A stretch of 64,000 bases of DNA from Guillardia theta CCMP2712 (GCF_000315625.1 NW_005434664.1:464167-528166); one strand, 5' to 3'; counted from the first letter of the stretch, positions 27,889-40,893 are shown. Numbers and translations: made by a program. The notes: a model not told the origin generated them from the letters alone.

Positions 27889-29460
27889 ATGCGGCGATTG
27901 AGGAGGCTCACGAAGGCCAGGAGACCTGCTTGCATGTGGCCGCCGTCTTCCTCTGATGTCTTCCAGTCCCTTGTGTTCGTGGCGGTAGCGGTGAACTTAC
28001 TCATCATCGTCCACTTCGCACCATCGATTTTCTCCGAGGCTCTCAGCAACACAGTCGACCTCGTGTCCTCCTACAAGACCGCCTACGATCTCCACGTCCC
28101 CTCCATCCGAATTTCTAACACCCTCAGCGAAGTGGGAGCGCGCAACCTCAGCGAAGCGTTCGAGAAGTTTCCATGGGAGCAGCAGCCGACCAGGCTGTTG
28201 AGCTGGATCAACCTGACCTTCAGACCCAACAAGACAGGTCCAACATGGGTGCAGATGACGAGCTTCGGGCCGCAGGGGATTGCCCTCCTGCATCACATCC
28301 AGAAGCTCGACCTGATCCGCCATACTCGCATCGTCACCGTTGACACTCTCCACCTGTTCCCGGAGACCTACGACCTCATCGCCAAGGCCAAGGATTTCTT
28401 CAAGCTCGGGGACAACCTCAAGGTGTACAAGTCCTTGGAGGGCTCCCGTGAGAATTTCGAGAAGGCCTATGGCAGCAAGCTGTGGAAGGTCGACCTGCAG
28501 TTGTTCGAGTTCTTGACCAAGATCGAACCGACCCGACGCGCCCTCAACGAGCTCGGCGTGTTGGCATGGGTGACGGGAAGGCGGAGGTCTCAGGGAGGCG
28601 AGCGGTCGCATCTCCCCCTGGTTGAAGTCGATCAGAACGACAACCGAGTGAAAGTGAACCCCTTTGTTGTGTGGGAGAGAGAGGATGTATGGAAGTACAT
28701 CAAGAAGCACAACTTGCCGTACAATGCCCTGCATGACCGAGGGTACACATCAATCGGGGACACCATCTCCACTGACAAGAGCAGCGAGTTCGACAGCGAG
28801 CGTGCTGGGAGGTGGAAGAGCGTGGCGGGGAAGTCTGAGTGCGGGATCCATCTGCCGATGAACTACCAATCCCTACAAGATTTCGTGACTCGCTCGAAGC
28901 AGCTCAGGCACGGATACTTGTGGGACTATGATGCGAGAGCAGAGGCCACAAAGCTGGGAATCAAGATTGTATGGAGAGGCGAAGTGCGTGCGAGATGCTG
29001 AGAGTCAACAGGTGACGGAAGAAACCTTCGAGCAGGATGTGGTCACGAGCAAGGAGAACATCCTGATCGACATCTATGCTCCATGGTGTCCTCATTGTCG
29101 CCTGATGGATCCTGAGTTTCGAAAACTCGCGAGCTTGGTGATGAGTCGCGATCTTCGCAAAGAGACTGATCTCTTGCTTTGAGCAGGTTGCAAGTGATTC
29201 CAACCATACTTTTCGCAATTCCTTGAAGCTGGCAAGGATGGATGGATGGCAGAATCACGTGCCAGCAGCATACAGCGACAAGTTCAACGTTGAAGCATTC
29301 CCTTCCCTCTATTTGGTGATGAAGAAGTCGAGGTGAACCACCTTCGCCCTGCATGCCCTGCTTGACAAGATCCTACAGCCTGCGGGTCTCGAGATACGGA
29401 AGTTTCCACCACTCCTCCTTTATCCTCAATTGGGTCCGACAAGAACTAGCTAAACGATGA
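27889..29460 (+). CDS. PAPS/APS reductase (CysH-like, no FeS motif) with an N-terminal TM segment and a C-terminal thioredoxin domain
   Basis: TSFG, DTLHLFPETY, KIEP, GRRRSQGGER, KVNP, YNALHDRGYTSIGD, ERAGRW, KSECGIH. A phase-0 intron at about 28969-29011 joins the frame to IDIYAPWCPHC...FNVEAFPSLY...QELAKR*. Confidence 0.88.
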
Positions 29461-29471
29461 ATTTCAAACTC

Positions 29472-30800
29472 TCACAGTCTCTCTGGCCTTTTCCAGCTGA
29501 ACGATGGAAAGCTGGTATCGTTGCCATCCTCCCATGCTTCATCCCGATAGAAAGTCAGTGGTATCTCGTTGTTGAACGTCGCTCGACAATGACGTTCTAA
29601 CTCGTTCACCACTTCGCGCCTGGCAGTGAGTTCCACGGGTGACCGCACAGGGATGCCGTTTCTGCGTACTTGGCGATTTGGTGTGGGCTGGCTGCTCACA
29701 TTCTCTGACCAACTCATGAGGCTGGGCACCTCCTACATCAATCGCTGCCGGCTGAATTCTGATCAAAGAGGAGTTACTATTCCGTGAGTGAACGCCCTTT
29801 TCTTGATTTCTGCTTTCACCCTCTTGATGAGAGGGCGGAGTCGGTTTCCATTCCAGTGCCTTCCTGGTTGGGCAGGCAATCCGACCTGCTTCGTCTGATT
29901 CTCCATTCTCAATTAGCGCTTGATTCTCGTTGTGGCCATGCCAAACATGATGAAAATATGTTTGAATGTCTTCTTTGACCTTTGACAAAATGAGTACTGG
30001 CATGGTAGAGCTATTGCAATCAGGGAACCACCTCGTGTACGAGTAACTTGGCTGGATCCAGCAGCGTTGTGAGCCCCTGTGGATCCAAAGTCAGTAAAGT
30101 GCACTTGTATCGTGTTGTAGCCACAAGGAGGGAGGAATGCCCCCAACTTCACTCACTTCCGCTGCGAACCTTTCTTCTGTGGGGAGACGATCCATGAAGT
30201 TATTGATCGGGCGAGGAACAATGGCCCTCGCGATGTTGTTCGGATCCATCAGTTGCTGTGGCAGCGGTAAGATCTCAGTAGAGCATGATCTTAGTTTGAA
30301 CCTCGAACTTGTGGACTGCCGTCACTTGCTCATCATTCTTCACCACCGCCATCGAACCCAGCCAAACACTAGAGTGGACGTTCGTATCTACACAACCAAT
30401 CAGCCATGTGAGCTGCAGCAGAGGTGGAGGGCAGCGAGTGCAAACCTTGCGTCCTGGGAAAATTTGTTCTGCAGACAGGGCATGAAGGCTGCCTGTCAAA
30501 CCACGCCTGCGTCGATTGTCTCAAATGAAGGAACACCACACGGTCATTTGAAGGAAACGCACATCGATGCAATCCTCGTGAAAAGAGTGAGTGCACGGGA
30601 GGAACTTCCATCTCCTTTGAGACGGCTTGCATCTCCGTCAGTCGCTGTGCAAGGTGGACTCTTAAGATAGAAGACCTGGTGGCATATTGCGCACGAGACA
30701 TGATCGCTTGTATTGGCATGCCTAGAGGAAGCTACATCATCCTCCATGCACCATGCTGGGATATCAGGATCCTGCGATGACCACGATAAGCGAACATAGA
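29472..30800 (-). CDS. RING-H2 zinc finger protein (putative E3 ligase), multi-exon
   Basis: Spliced CAIC...PCTHSFHEDCID|AWFDRQPSCPVCR. Both ends are approximate. Confidence 0.7.
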
Positions 30801-31169
30801 GCTGAAAATCATTGAAACCTGCGGCTTTAAGATTGAACTAGCAAGATTCACACTGGGCTCGAAGTTCGCGCCTGACGAACCAGGAGATCGGTTAATCACC
30901 AAGATTGCTCTCACTTCTCCTCCTCCCCTTCCTTCCTCCCTCAATCCCTCTGCACTTCTTTCCTTCTCCTTGTCTTCTCTCCTTACATGTCTTCTCGGCG
31001 ATCTTCTCTTGCTTGGGCTTCTGCCGCCTCAACGATGCTACCAACTTTTTCATGGTTTCATGCCGGTCGGGATAGGAAGGGCCATTTCAAATGACTGATT
31101 TTATCTTCAAATTAAATAGTAAATTTTCATTAAGCTCCTAGTCGATCTCCTACCCAGGGGTCATCATCT

Positions 31170-31366
31170 CATTTCTCGAGCCCGCCTCAGGGCACCCATA
31201 CCTGTATCCGATCGGCGAGTTCAACCCGGCCGCCCCGGAGCCCGCGGGCCGGCCGCACAGGCTGCGGCAACCGTTGAACCGTTGAACCGGCGTGGTACGG
31301 TCTCTCAGGCGGCCGCCGGGCCGGGGCCCGCCGGCCCTGAGTGGGCCAGTCAGTGGCCCTGCGGCC
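31170..31366. repeat. CpG/GC-rich shuffled-motif island (left)
   Basis: Same word content as 25830-26580. Confidence 0.65.
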
Positions 31367-31965
31367 TTTTGAAATGTGCTCTATCCCAGGAAGATTCTGG
31401 ATCTTTTTTCAATATTTCATAATATTTTCCATAGCCTGCACTAGGCAGCATATTCAAAGCTTCTACAAAAGTTCTGATCTGAAGATCTTGAATCTTGAAT
31501 TTGCACTTCTCTGTCAAAATAAGTCCTATATGATCTGCTGTTTGTCGCTTGACGGGCGTTTTTTTCTTCTTCTGGACATGCTGGATCTGGGGCTGCTGCC
31601 CCTGCTGCAGTGGCTGATGTACCTGCTGCTGGATTTGCAGGAGCTGTTGCTGAAACTGCTGCTGGATCTGCAGGAGCTGTTGCTGTAACTGCTGTTCCTT
31701 CCGCGGTGGCTGCTGCTGAGTTTGATCATCTTGATCATCTTGATCATCTTGATCATCTTGATCATCTTGATCATCTTGATCATCTTGATCATCTTGATGC
31801 TTCTTCGCTAAATCTTCTTTCTGCTTCCGAAATTTGTTCAATCGATCGACTGGAGAATGATCCGACGCATCATCATCATCGTCATTTCTGCCCGCTTTTC
31901 GTCGACGAAGCCTGTGCAAGTTGGTCTTTCAAAGATTTGACTTCCGACGCGGCCGTCAAGGCGTA
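31350..31965 (-). pseudogene. Orphan Gln/Asp-rich ORF fragment without ATG, possibly frameshifted
   Basis: 189-codon ORF starting at TTG, containing (QDD)8 and a Gln-rich block. AT-richer than its flanks. Confidence 0.4.
31722..31793. repeat. (TTGATCATC)8 tandem repeat
   Basis: 8 copies of a 9-mer. Confidence 0.95.
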
Positions 31966-31967
31966 TT

Positions 31968-32365
31968 AGCCTGGGCTCAGCGCCGATATCCAATCCGATC
32001 GGATGATCGGATTACAGTACCGTGTGTGGCATGGGCCAGTACGGTCACCGTCAGGTCGTTCGGAAGTTGCGGCAACCCGGTTGAACGGTTCCGAGGGGAA
32101 CACCGTCTGAGTTCTAACTCCGCGGCAAGAAAAGACCCGGGCCTGCTCAGCGGCAGTGCCTCCGACGGGACCGGGCCCGCCACTGACGGACTCACTGTCA
32201 GGCCAATTGAAGCCTGGCAGCGGCGGTACTCTAGCCTCCGACGCGAGTGTTCAGTGAGTGGCTCACACTGAGGCTGCGGCGGCGGGAAGTACGGTCCCGA
32301 CTCGGCCGGCCCGGGCCGGGCCCTTCGCCGAGGGCGCCGGGGCTCTGGCGAGTCACCCATCCCAG
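31968..32365. repeat. CpG/GC-rich shuffled-motif island (right)
   Basis: CCGG, GGCCCG, CTGAG, TCACT, TACGGT and GTTGAAC words. Confidence 0.65.
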
Positions 32366-33471
32366 AGTGATTGTTACAAATGCTACTACCCCAGACTACC
32401 CTACTCTGAAGCAGATTCTCCCCTGACCTACCCCCGTCATCTCCCTCGTTCATGCTCTAAAAAGTACCCGTACAAATGCCGACTGTGACTACCCCTACGT
32501 GTTGAACCTCCTAGTAGCCCAGTTATCATCTACTCGAACTGAGGTCACCTTTGACCACCCCACCTTGTTCCCCCCCCTGAATACCACCCTCTTCAACCAC
32601 CCCTGTCCTCTCACCACCCCACCCACGCTCAGTTGCTGCCCTCTATTTCCCACCCATGCAGGTGGCGCTTGCGGCTGGTGATGTTGACAGCAGGTAAGCA
32701 AGGAATGGCGGAGGGGAAGGCGGGGAAGGGGCAGGGATGGAAGGAGAATGGTGGAGACAGAGATGGAGGGAGGGGAAGGCAGAGGCAGACAGTCCAAGAA
32801 ACGCCAAAGGCATGGACCGAAAAGGGACTCTTGGCACCAGAACAAAAGGGACATGGACAGCGTCGGGACAGGTGCAGGCAAAGCGAGAACAAATGAAGGC
32901 GACTGACGAAGCAGTAGTGGTTCCAGCCATAGTAATCAATTACAGTCAGAATAGAAGTAGACTATGTTTAAGAGCTCATGTGATCTTGACCTTTACGTTG
33001 GAAGTTGCAAAGATTTGTGGGAAAAACCGAAGAGATGAAAAAGCCTTTGGGCTCGTTCGGAAATCAGCATGCTCAACCGAACATAGAATTTCATAATCAA
33101 TGATCTTCTTTTTCACACTGATTGTCTCTCGCGTTTGTTTTGCAGGATTGCATGTTGACTGACTAGTCCCCAAGTTTGCGCGCCTTAACAAGATTGGGTC
33201 ATACTCGGTGTGCGACGGTAAACCCTAACTGTCGTCGCAACCTCTTGAAGTATTGTTCTTGAAAGACTACATTCAATCGCATCTGAATGTATCATCTGTG
33301 AACCAAACACCAACCAAGTTGCAGTTTGCAATATCTGTTCAACTATGTACTGATAATTCGACGTTGGCGTTAAAAGGCCATCAAGTGTGTTTGGTTTTGG
33401 ACACCTGTTGCTGTCTCAGATACGGTGTGTGAAAGAGAAATACAGCATTTGTTTCTTTATTGACCCAAACA

Positions 33472-36400
33472 ATGGATCCAAACGTCTCGATCCCTGGATC
33501 ACTGGGCGAGACCAATGAAACGTTGGACACTTCATTGGAATCGCAGCTTGCCCAGGCGTTGTCTACCCTCGGAATAGGAGAGCTCAACATAGACATTCGC
33601 AGACAAGTCCTGAATCAAGTTGGCAATGATGTTGCCCAGGCGGTAGACTGGATCATGGAGAACAGCGACAGATTATCTTCTTGGATGTCGGACATGTCCT
33701 CGAATGCTCTGAATCACAATCTTGTGCAGGGCGCTGCTGTCATTACGAAAGATGGTCATAGTGGACGCATCTCGCAGATAAATGGTATTCAATTTGTACC
33801 TTACTTTTCTAGATACCGTTCGAACAAACACGTGCTGATATTTTTGCGATCAGGCGATGGGACGTTTGACCTAGTATTCGACGATCATTCGCCCCGGCTC
33901 CATCTCTCCAGGGATGATTTTCTCGTCGATGAACATAGGGATGAAGTGCAACTCATTGAGCATATGCAATCGATGTCTGACAACGTAGAAGCTTTGAATT
34001 TCCAGTGAGAGTATTTACTGTGGGAGTGGTTTTGTGATTGAAGTTTTTATCAGACAACTTGAGGAGGATGATGATGAAGACGACGATGACGAAATCGACA
34101 ATGAAGAACAATCAGAATTTGCTCCATCAGATGCTTCAAGGCTCCTCATCAATCTCCGTGACTTCCCCGAACTTGCTACCATATTTATCAGCCATGGCAA
34201 CGCGTTCTCCAGCACAAGTTCGTCCCATACGGAAGTTCCGAATTTCAGAGTCAGCGACAGGGTTCTGCTGTCATCCGAAGCAGGAGCAGCACACGAAAAT
34301 GTGAAGGGACCATTACGAGTTGGAGATATAGGAGAAGTTGTTGAAGTTGGACATCAATTTGTTAAGGTAAGAATCTGTGATAGTCAAGCAACCTGGTGGT
34401 ATCGCAAAGCTAGTCTAGCGCTTGAACAGGATGAATTGATCAATCGAGAAGTGGAGGTTCCTTCTTTGCAAGACGACCTGATCACTGTCTCCAAGCCGTT
34501 TCACAACTTGTCGAAATGTTCAAAAGCTGTCCGAAGAATATGTGCTCTTCTCGGCTTGAGGGATTATGAAATTATTAGCAAGCTATCTGATTTCCAAGCC
34601 ATCAAGCATGTCTCGGAAGCCATATCTTGCTGCTGCGAGCCTACATGTCATGCAAATCCATCTGCTGTACAATATTCCACTGCACTAGAGCTGGTGTTGT
34701 CAGCGTCTATCTGTATGTCGGACTTCTTGTTTCAAGGTATAATCTGAGATCAAATTTCGACTCACTTTCTGTCATGCTAACACCTTGTTTTATCTTGGAT
34801 TAGACTGGAAAGATGATCAAATCATGTTCCAAGTAGATCTATCTTCTTTCCCATCTTCGAGTTCCTAATCCTGCAACTTTCAGGTGGGAGATACTGTTAG
34901 TTGCAGACTTTCCGAAGCGAACGACGTGATTGAAGGCAAAGTGACAGACTACTTGGGTCTTGGAAATTACTGCATCAAGGTGAATGGAACAGGCCGAGTT
35001 GTAACTCGTCCTAAAAGAGGTAGCATTTGTTTTATGCTGGTATTGCAACTCATAGTTTGATTGCTCAGAACTTTCCTTGAAAATTCAAGGCAGTCATGTT
35101 GGATCCCCAGGAATGCTATCAAATTACCTGAATGAACTTTTGGTCTCACGGATTGTACCGCTCGGAGATATTAATGTGATCCAGAGTTTCCTCAGTGATG
35201 GTGCAGACGTGAACGCGACTGACTCCAACGGGAATACTCCTCTAATCATCTGCGTCGAGCAAGATGGTAGCATGGATCTCATTTGCATTCTCCTTGAATT
35301 TGGAGCACGAGTGAATGCAACCAATCTTGCTGGTCGTTCAGCTTTGTCAGCTGCAGCAGAACTCGGTAGGGTGGATATTGTGAAGAAGCTGCTTGCCAAA
35401 GGTGCAAATTTGCAGCTTATTGAGAGGGCGAATTGCAAGGAAGAAATGTTGAAATTTCTTGACGAATATGATGAGAGGCAAAGATCTTTCCTCGATTCGT
35501 CAGAGTTCAAGAGGAAATATTCCGAGTTGCAATCACTGTACATAAGTGAGCTGTTGCCGAAATTGTTGAATACGCAATGCTCTCAATTTTACGCATTTAA
35601 CGATGCATATCACTTTGGTGTAATTGCCAGTGTCATTAACTGCATCGAATACCTCGTCATGACTGATTCGGGTGAACTAGCTTCTGTGAATGTAGTAGTG
35701 CCTTGTTTCTTGATCTGTCAGGACTTGCTTGCAAGCTCTATTCCAAGAAATGTGAAGGCTGGTCTTAGATTGCTCCAAGCAATCGTTCACCACGATAAGA
35801 ACAACGTCAGCTATCTTGGTCGCTGGAACATTTTACAGATTCTTTCTGATTTGGCCAACGCGAAGAGATCGTTAGATTTCAACTCAGTTGAAGATCCAGA
35901 GCCCAGATACTTGCAATATCGCAGCTCTGAACATGGTATCGTGATATATGCCAGAAGTCTCCTGAACGACATTGAACTGAGCATGAGCGTGTTGTGCACA
36001 AGTCCATACATGGCTAAAATGTCAGAACTGGCCTTGCAAATCAGTTCTGGGAATGTTGATGGTCTCAGAAAGTTCGTGGATCTGTTGTTGTCCCCAGAAA
36101 GAGTTACAAGTAAGGAATTGGAAAAGAGCGGCTTGCTGAATGCAATGGTACAATTTCTTCTACCATTGGATGATTCGGATGCGCTAAGAATCAGGGCATT
36201 CTGGGAGGTGTTCGGCTTCGACATGCTCGAAATGGGAGACTTGGACTCGGAGGTCGTAACAGAAGAGGAGAAGCTGGCAAGGAACCTTTGCTCACGTGCA
36301 AACAACGCTTTCTTCATCTTCGTTCGATTGCTTCAGAACATCATCTCGACCTCAGAGGCGCTTCCCGTTCCCAATAAGTCCAAATTTGTGGGCAAACAGG

Positions 36401-39400
36401 GATTGAAGCAACTCTTCATCCCTCATCGCATTTTCTTTGGACCTCTGCACAACTTGAGTGAGGCTGCGACTCCTGATCAACCTGCCGGAGGGTTGCAGAG
36501 TGAACAGAAGTCATGCTCAGGGGCTCTACAGGCGAAGCGGGTCATCAATGTCCTCGTGGAGCCGCTGACTCCGATCTCAGAATTGCAGCTCCACGTTCTT
36601 CGAACTTTTCCCGTCGTGGATGCCAAGTGAGCTATATGACCATAGGTTGAGATGTCCTGATTGACTTTCCCTTAACAGGTATGAAGCATACTGTCAACAG
36701 CTCGTGGGTTCAATCATCCTGGACCGTCCCATGAAATGCGTCGAGCCCGAGATTCCTTACCGTCGTGCAATTGTCGAGAACTATCGGAAGCTTGTTCCTA
36801 GTGAAATCGGAGTTCATCGAGTGAGGTACATTGGGGCAAATCCAGATGTTGAAGAAGTATGCGAGATGATCCTCGCTGTGCGCGACTACAAGGTGACCAC
36901 TGAGAGAGCTGACGATGAAACCATGCGGAGAGGCAGAGAACTGTGGGATGCCAAGATGACGTCGACAGATCGAGCGGATGGAGACGAGCGGATATGCAGC
37001 ATTATGATAACTTACCCGCACGAAGCCATCCCGCTCGAAATCTTTGTTGATAGCGTTATGGGGGCAATTTTGAAGGCTCTGCGGCAGGCAGATCCTGGAC
37101 AAGCGCCCTTCGGCAAGCAAGTGGGTGAAGAGTATGACTTCCCCTCTAGAGGATTTCCAGAAGGTCAGCCTGAGTTCCAGGAGCTATTCACCAATGGCTT
37201 GCGCGAGGAACCTTTCCAAGCTCCAGTTGCACGCGGGCAGACACGGCGAGAGGCTGACACGCTGCTTGCTCGGCTGAACGGGATATGTGAAGCCTTCTTA
37301 AAGGAGGAAGAGGGCAAGAACTACATGCCAAGGATCGAGAAAAGCGCAACTCTCAACATCGGAAGAAGAATTCATAGTGCGAACAGTAGAAGCGAAGGTA
37401 CGATTGGGACTATTATTGGCTGTGAAAGTTCATCGGAACGATACTCGCTGGTTTACGATGATGGGGTTGTAGTTCACAATGTTCCCAGGAACGAGATCAA
37501 GGATCTCATTCGCCCCAAGGTTGAGAACCCTTTCCAATCAGGAATCTTTGCTGCAGGTCGAAATCTCACATTTGCAATTCAGAGGCTTTCGAATCTTACC
37601 GGGAATTTCGAAGAGGATGAGGGACCAGAGCCGTCGGCCCTGACGAGGAAATTCGAATCGTTCATTCGCAAAGGCGACGACGCGATTCCTAACCGATATG
37701 ACTTCACAGAGAAGCAAGACGGTGCACTGAAACATTCCTGCTCAATCAAGCAGTGTCCCTGGGACCCTCTGCTCTCTGATGCGCAAGACCCACCAACGAT
37801 CGAGATCTCGTTCTCCGTCAACCCGCGAGAACTCGGAATCTTCGACACCATCACTCACTGGCATCCGATCACGTTGTCTTCTCAACGACGCACCTTGTAC
37901 GCCATCTCAAACAACGGGACAACAGCACGGAAGGACAGCAAAGACTCTTTCGTTGACACACTCCGCACGTCCACAGGGCTGAGCTCGGGCATTCATCGTT
38001 TCCGCGTGCGAATCGACGAGGCCGCTGGAGATGACTTGTGCAACCACATGGGTTTCATCGCCGGCGATGAGTATCATGGCTCTGCCCTCAACTCGAACGA
38101 TTCTTGCTGCCTTGAGCTCAATGACGGAAAGTTGAATGTGAATGGTCGACTCGCTGGCGCGAACATTTCTCGCAAAGCCGTGGAGGGGGACGTCGTCATC
38201 TTGCAGGTGGATTTCGGCAAGGAAGAGTTTTCGGCTGGAATAGAAGGAGAGGGACTCGCAACCATCCGTTGGTCCTGCCCCAAGCGGCCAGTTTATCTCG
38301 CTGTATCGTTCAGAAGAATAGGATGGACTGTCACGCTGCTCAATGCCGAAGATAGCGGAGAGGAGAAGAAGAACTTCTCGCTTGCCCAGGAGAGTCTGAC
38401 CAGGTTGGATTGCGGCACTCCGACTTATGTTGGCATGCAGAGGGTTTTGCAATCTTTCAAGTCCTCTTTATGCATGTCTGATGAAAAATCTGAGTTGCTC
38501 TCTGCACAGTATCAGGAGGTTTTCGACCAACTCCCATACAGACTTGTCTTTGATTTGGACGTGAGATTTAGCTCAACCGAACCACGGAAAGTTTACTGCA
38601 GCCCAACAAAGGAGCGGCCAGCTGCTGTTCTTGATTCCCGTGGCTCGAACGCAGATGACAAAAGCTTCTGGCAGAGTCTCGAACGTAAACTCTGGAAGCT
38701 TCAGTTTGACCAGCCCTGCTTGAAAGCGATTGAGCTGCTAAGCATTGTCTGGTACTCGAGCTTCGGTGAGGGCTTCGTTCCGCTTGTCTGGTCGGAAGTT
38801 TTCATCAACAAGCAGCTCACCTACAAGTTGTCGGCTGTTCTGGAGGACCTTCTGCCTGTCACATGCGGCGGAATCCCGAGCTGGTGTTCGCTCCTCCCTC
38901 AGATCTGTCCCTTCCTTTTCTCGTTCCAGACTCGCGAGCATCTGCTCAAGTGCACGGCGTTTGGAACTTCGCAGACAATGTGAGTGAGATTGAACTGTGC
39001 GAGACATGATTTGACTTTTGCGTGGCATTGCAGCTATGAGTTGCAGGAGCAGCGAATTGATCCTGGTTTGCGAAAGAGACTGCGAGAAGCCGAGCATGCG
39101 ATTGGGCATGTGACGGAGATGTCGGGAGAGAGAGCTCAACGGGTTTACGATAGGCTGATGCACGCGCAAGAAGCGATAGAGCGACAAAGGATAGGAAAGC
39201 TGAAGAGCGACATCGCCAGGGTGAGGAGAGGAGATTGTATCCTTGGGCAAGCTCAGGAGCTGATGGCCGACCATGCTGGAGTGACGAGGAAACTTGAAGT
39301 TCAGTTTGCGGATGAGCACGGCTTCGGCTGGGGAGTGACGCAAGGGTTCTACACGGCAGTGGCAATGGAGATGCAACGAGCTGACGACAACGTAGAGATC

Positions 39401-40776
39401 TGGAGGGTTTCCAGCCTTGAGAACGCGACGGGCGGGCCTTACCTGCAGGTCGGGTCTGAGGGCTTGTTTCCTCGACCTCTGCATCCTCAAGATCCCGAAA
39501 AGCCGAAGATCTGCGCGAGAATGAAGTTCTTGGGCCGCCTGATGGCCAAGGCGTTTCGCGACGGCTTTCTGGTTCCTCTTCCTCTTTCTCCAGCATTCTT
39601 CGCTGCTTTTCGTGGTCAGAAGCTGGGCAGCAAGGACCTGCCGAGCCCCTCTGCCACTGGCGGCATAGCGAAGAGCATGACGAGGCTGCTAAACAGGCTC
39701 GAGATCATCGGTAAGAGCAACCTGCCGCCGCAAGACAAGAGCCAGAGAATCGCCAGCCTCGTCCACTCCCCCTGCACGCTGCTGCTCCCGGAGTACGTCG
39801 GCCCTGCCCTCTCCGTCGACGAGTACCTGCGAGCCATCGACGGCGAATGGCCGGCGTTCGTCGACCCTGCCGGATTTGTTAAGGACCCGCAGACCCAAGA
39901 GGCGGTCGAGCTCTGCCCCAACGGCTCCAACATTCGGCTGGAGGCGGACGAAGTGAGCGTGAGGAAGTGGGTGGAAGCCATTGTGGACCTCTGGCTCAAC
40001 GTCGGCGTGAAGGAGCAGCTGAGCGCGTAATGCCGTGTGCTTATCTTGACGCTTTTCGCTGACTTGTGCTGACGTGGCAGGTTCCGAGAGGGAGTAGAGG
40101 AAGTCTTCTCCTCTCGCTCTCTCTTGCAGTTTTCTCCCATTGAGCTTCAGCGGATGCTCTGCGGACACCAGCTGGTGGTATGGACGGCCTACATCAGCGA
40201 GGACTGGCTGCTCGGAGGGAACGTGCGAGCCGAGGACGAGCGTCGAGCGCTGGAGGAGAATCTTCAGCCCATAGGCCGCCTGACGCGCGAGAGCAAAGTA
40301 GAGGAGCAGGTGTGACGGGGAGCTGGGAGGGCTGACGATGGTGTTGCAGGTGTTCAAAATGCTGGTAGACGAGCTGATCTCTATGGACAACTCCAGTCGC
40401 TCCAAGTTCCTGGACCTCGTGACGGCGAACCCGCGACTGCCTCCTGGCGGCCTCCCTCAAGCTGGCATCAAGCTCGCTCTCCGAACAGGGTCACGGACAG
40501 TCTGGGCTCAGGTACGAGGAAGAGGAGGAGGAGGAGGAGGAGGAGCATCAAGGATTGACTAGGGTGCAGACATGTGCCAAGACGATGTATCTACCGGAGT
40601 ATGACAGCAGCGAAGATTTGCGAGCAGGTAAGGGAGAAGCGTGGTATAGGGAGATTTGTTCTGGAGAGGAGAGGAGATGGGAAAGAGGTCAAGAAGTGAT
40701 ACGGGATGCAGGGCTGGAGGAAGCATTCGCCAACGCAGCTCTCGGGGGGTTCCACGAGAAGAATCTTGGGTTGTAG
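33472..40776 (+). CDS. Large HECT E3 ubiquitin ligase (HECTD1/TRIP12/UPL3-like) with UBA-like, ankyrin and SPRY-like domains
   Basis: UBA-like GNDVAQAVDWIMEN; ankyrin GADVNATDSNGNTPL; FINKQLTYKL..GGIPSWC..CPFLFSFQTR; HECT LEVQFADEHGFGWGVTQGFY, FLGRLMAKA, TANPRLPPGG, AQTCAKTMYLPEY. Confidence 0.92.
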
Positions 40777-40893
40777 GAGTCAACTGTGCTCCTGCTCTCT
40801 CTCGAGCTCGACAGCTTTTCTTCTTCTCTTTCAGTTGCATACTTTTCTTTTTCTCTAACCGAATAGAACGAGAACTTGTGACGCTTCTCCCCC

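Noticed and set aside
31170-32365. GC islands as true LTRs or TIRs
   Set aside because: They share short words but show no collinear direct or inverted alignment and no clear TSD by eye. They are kept only as an unexplained structure.
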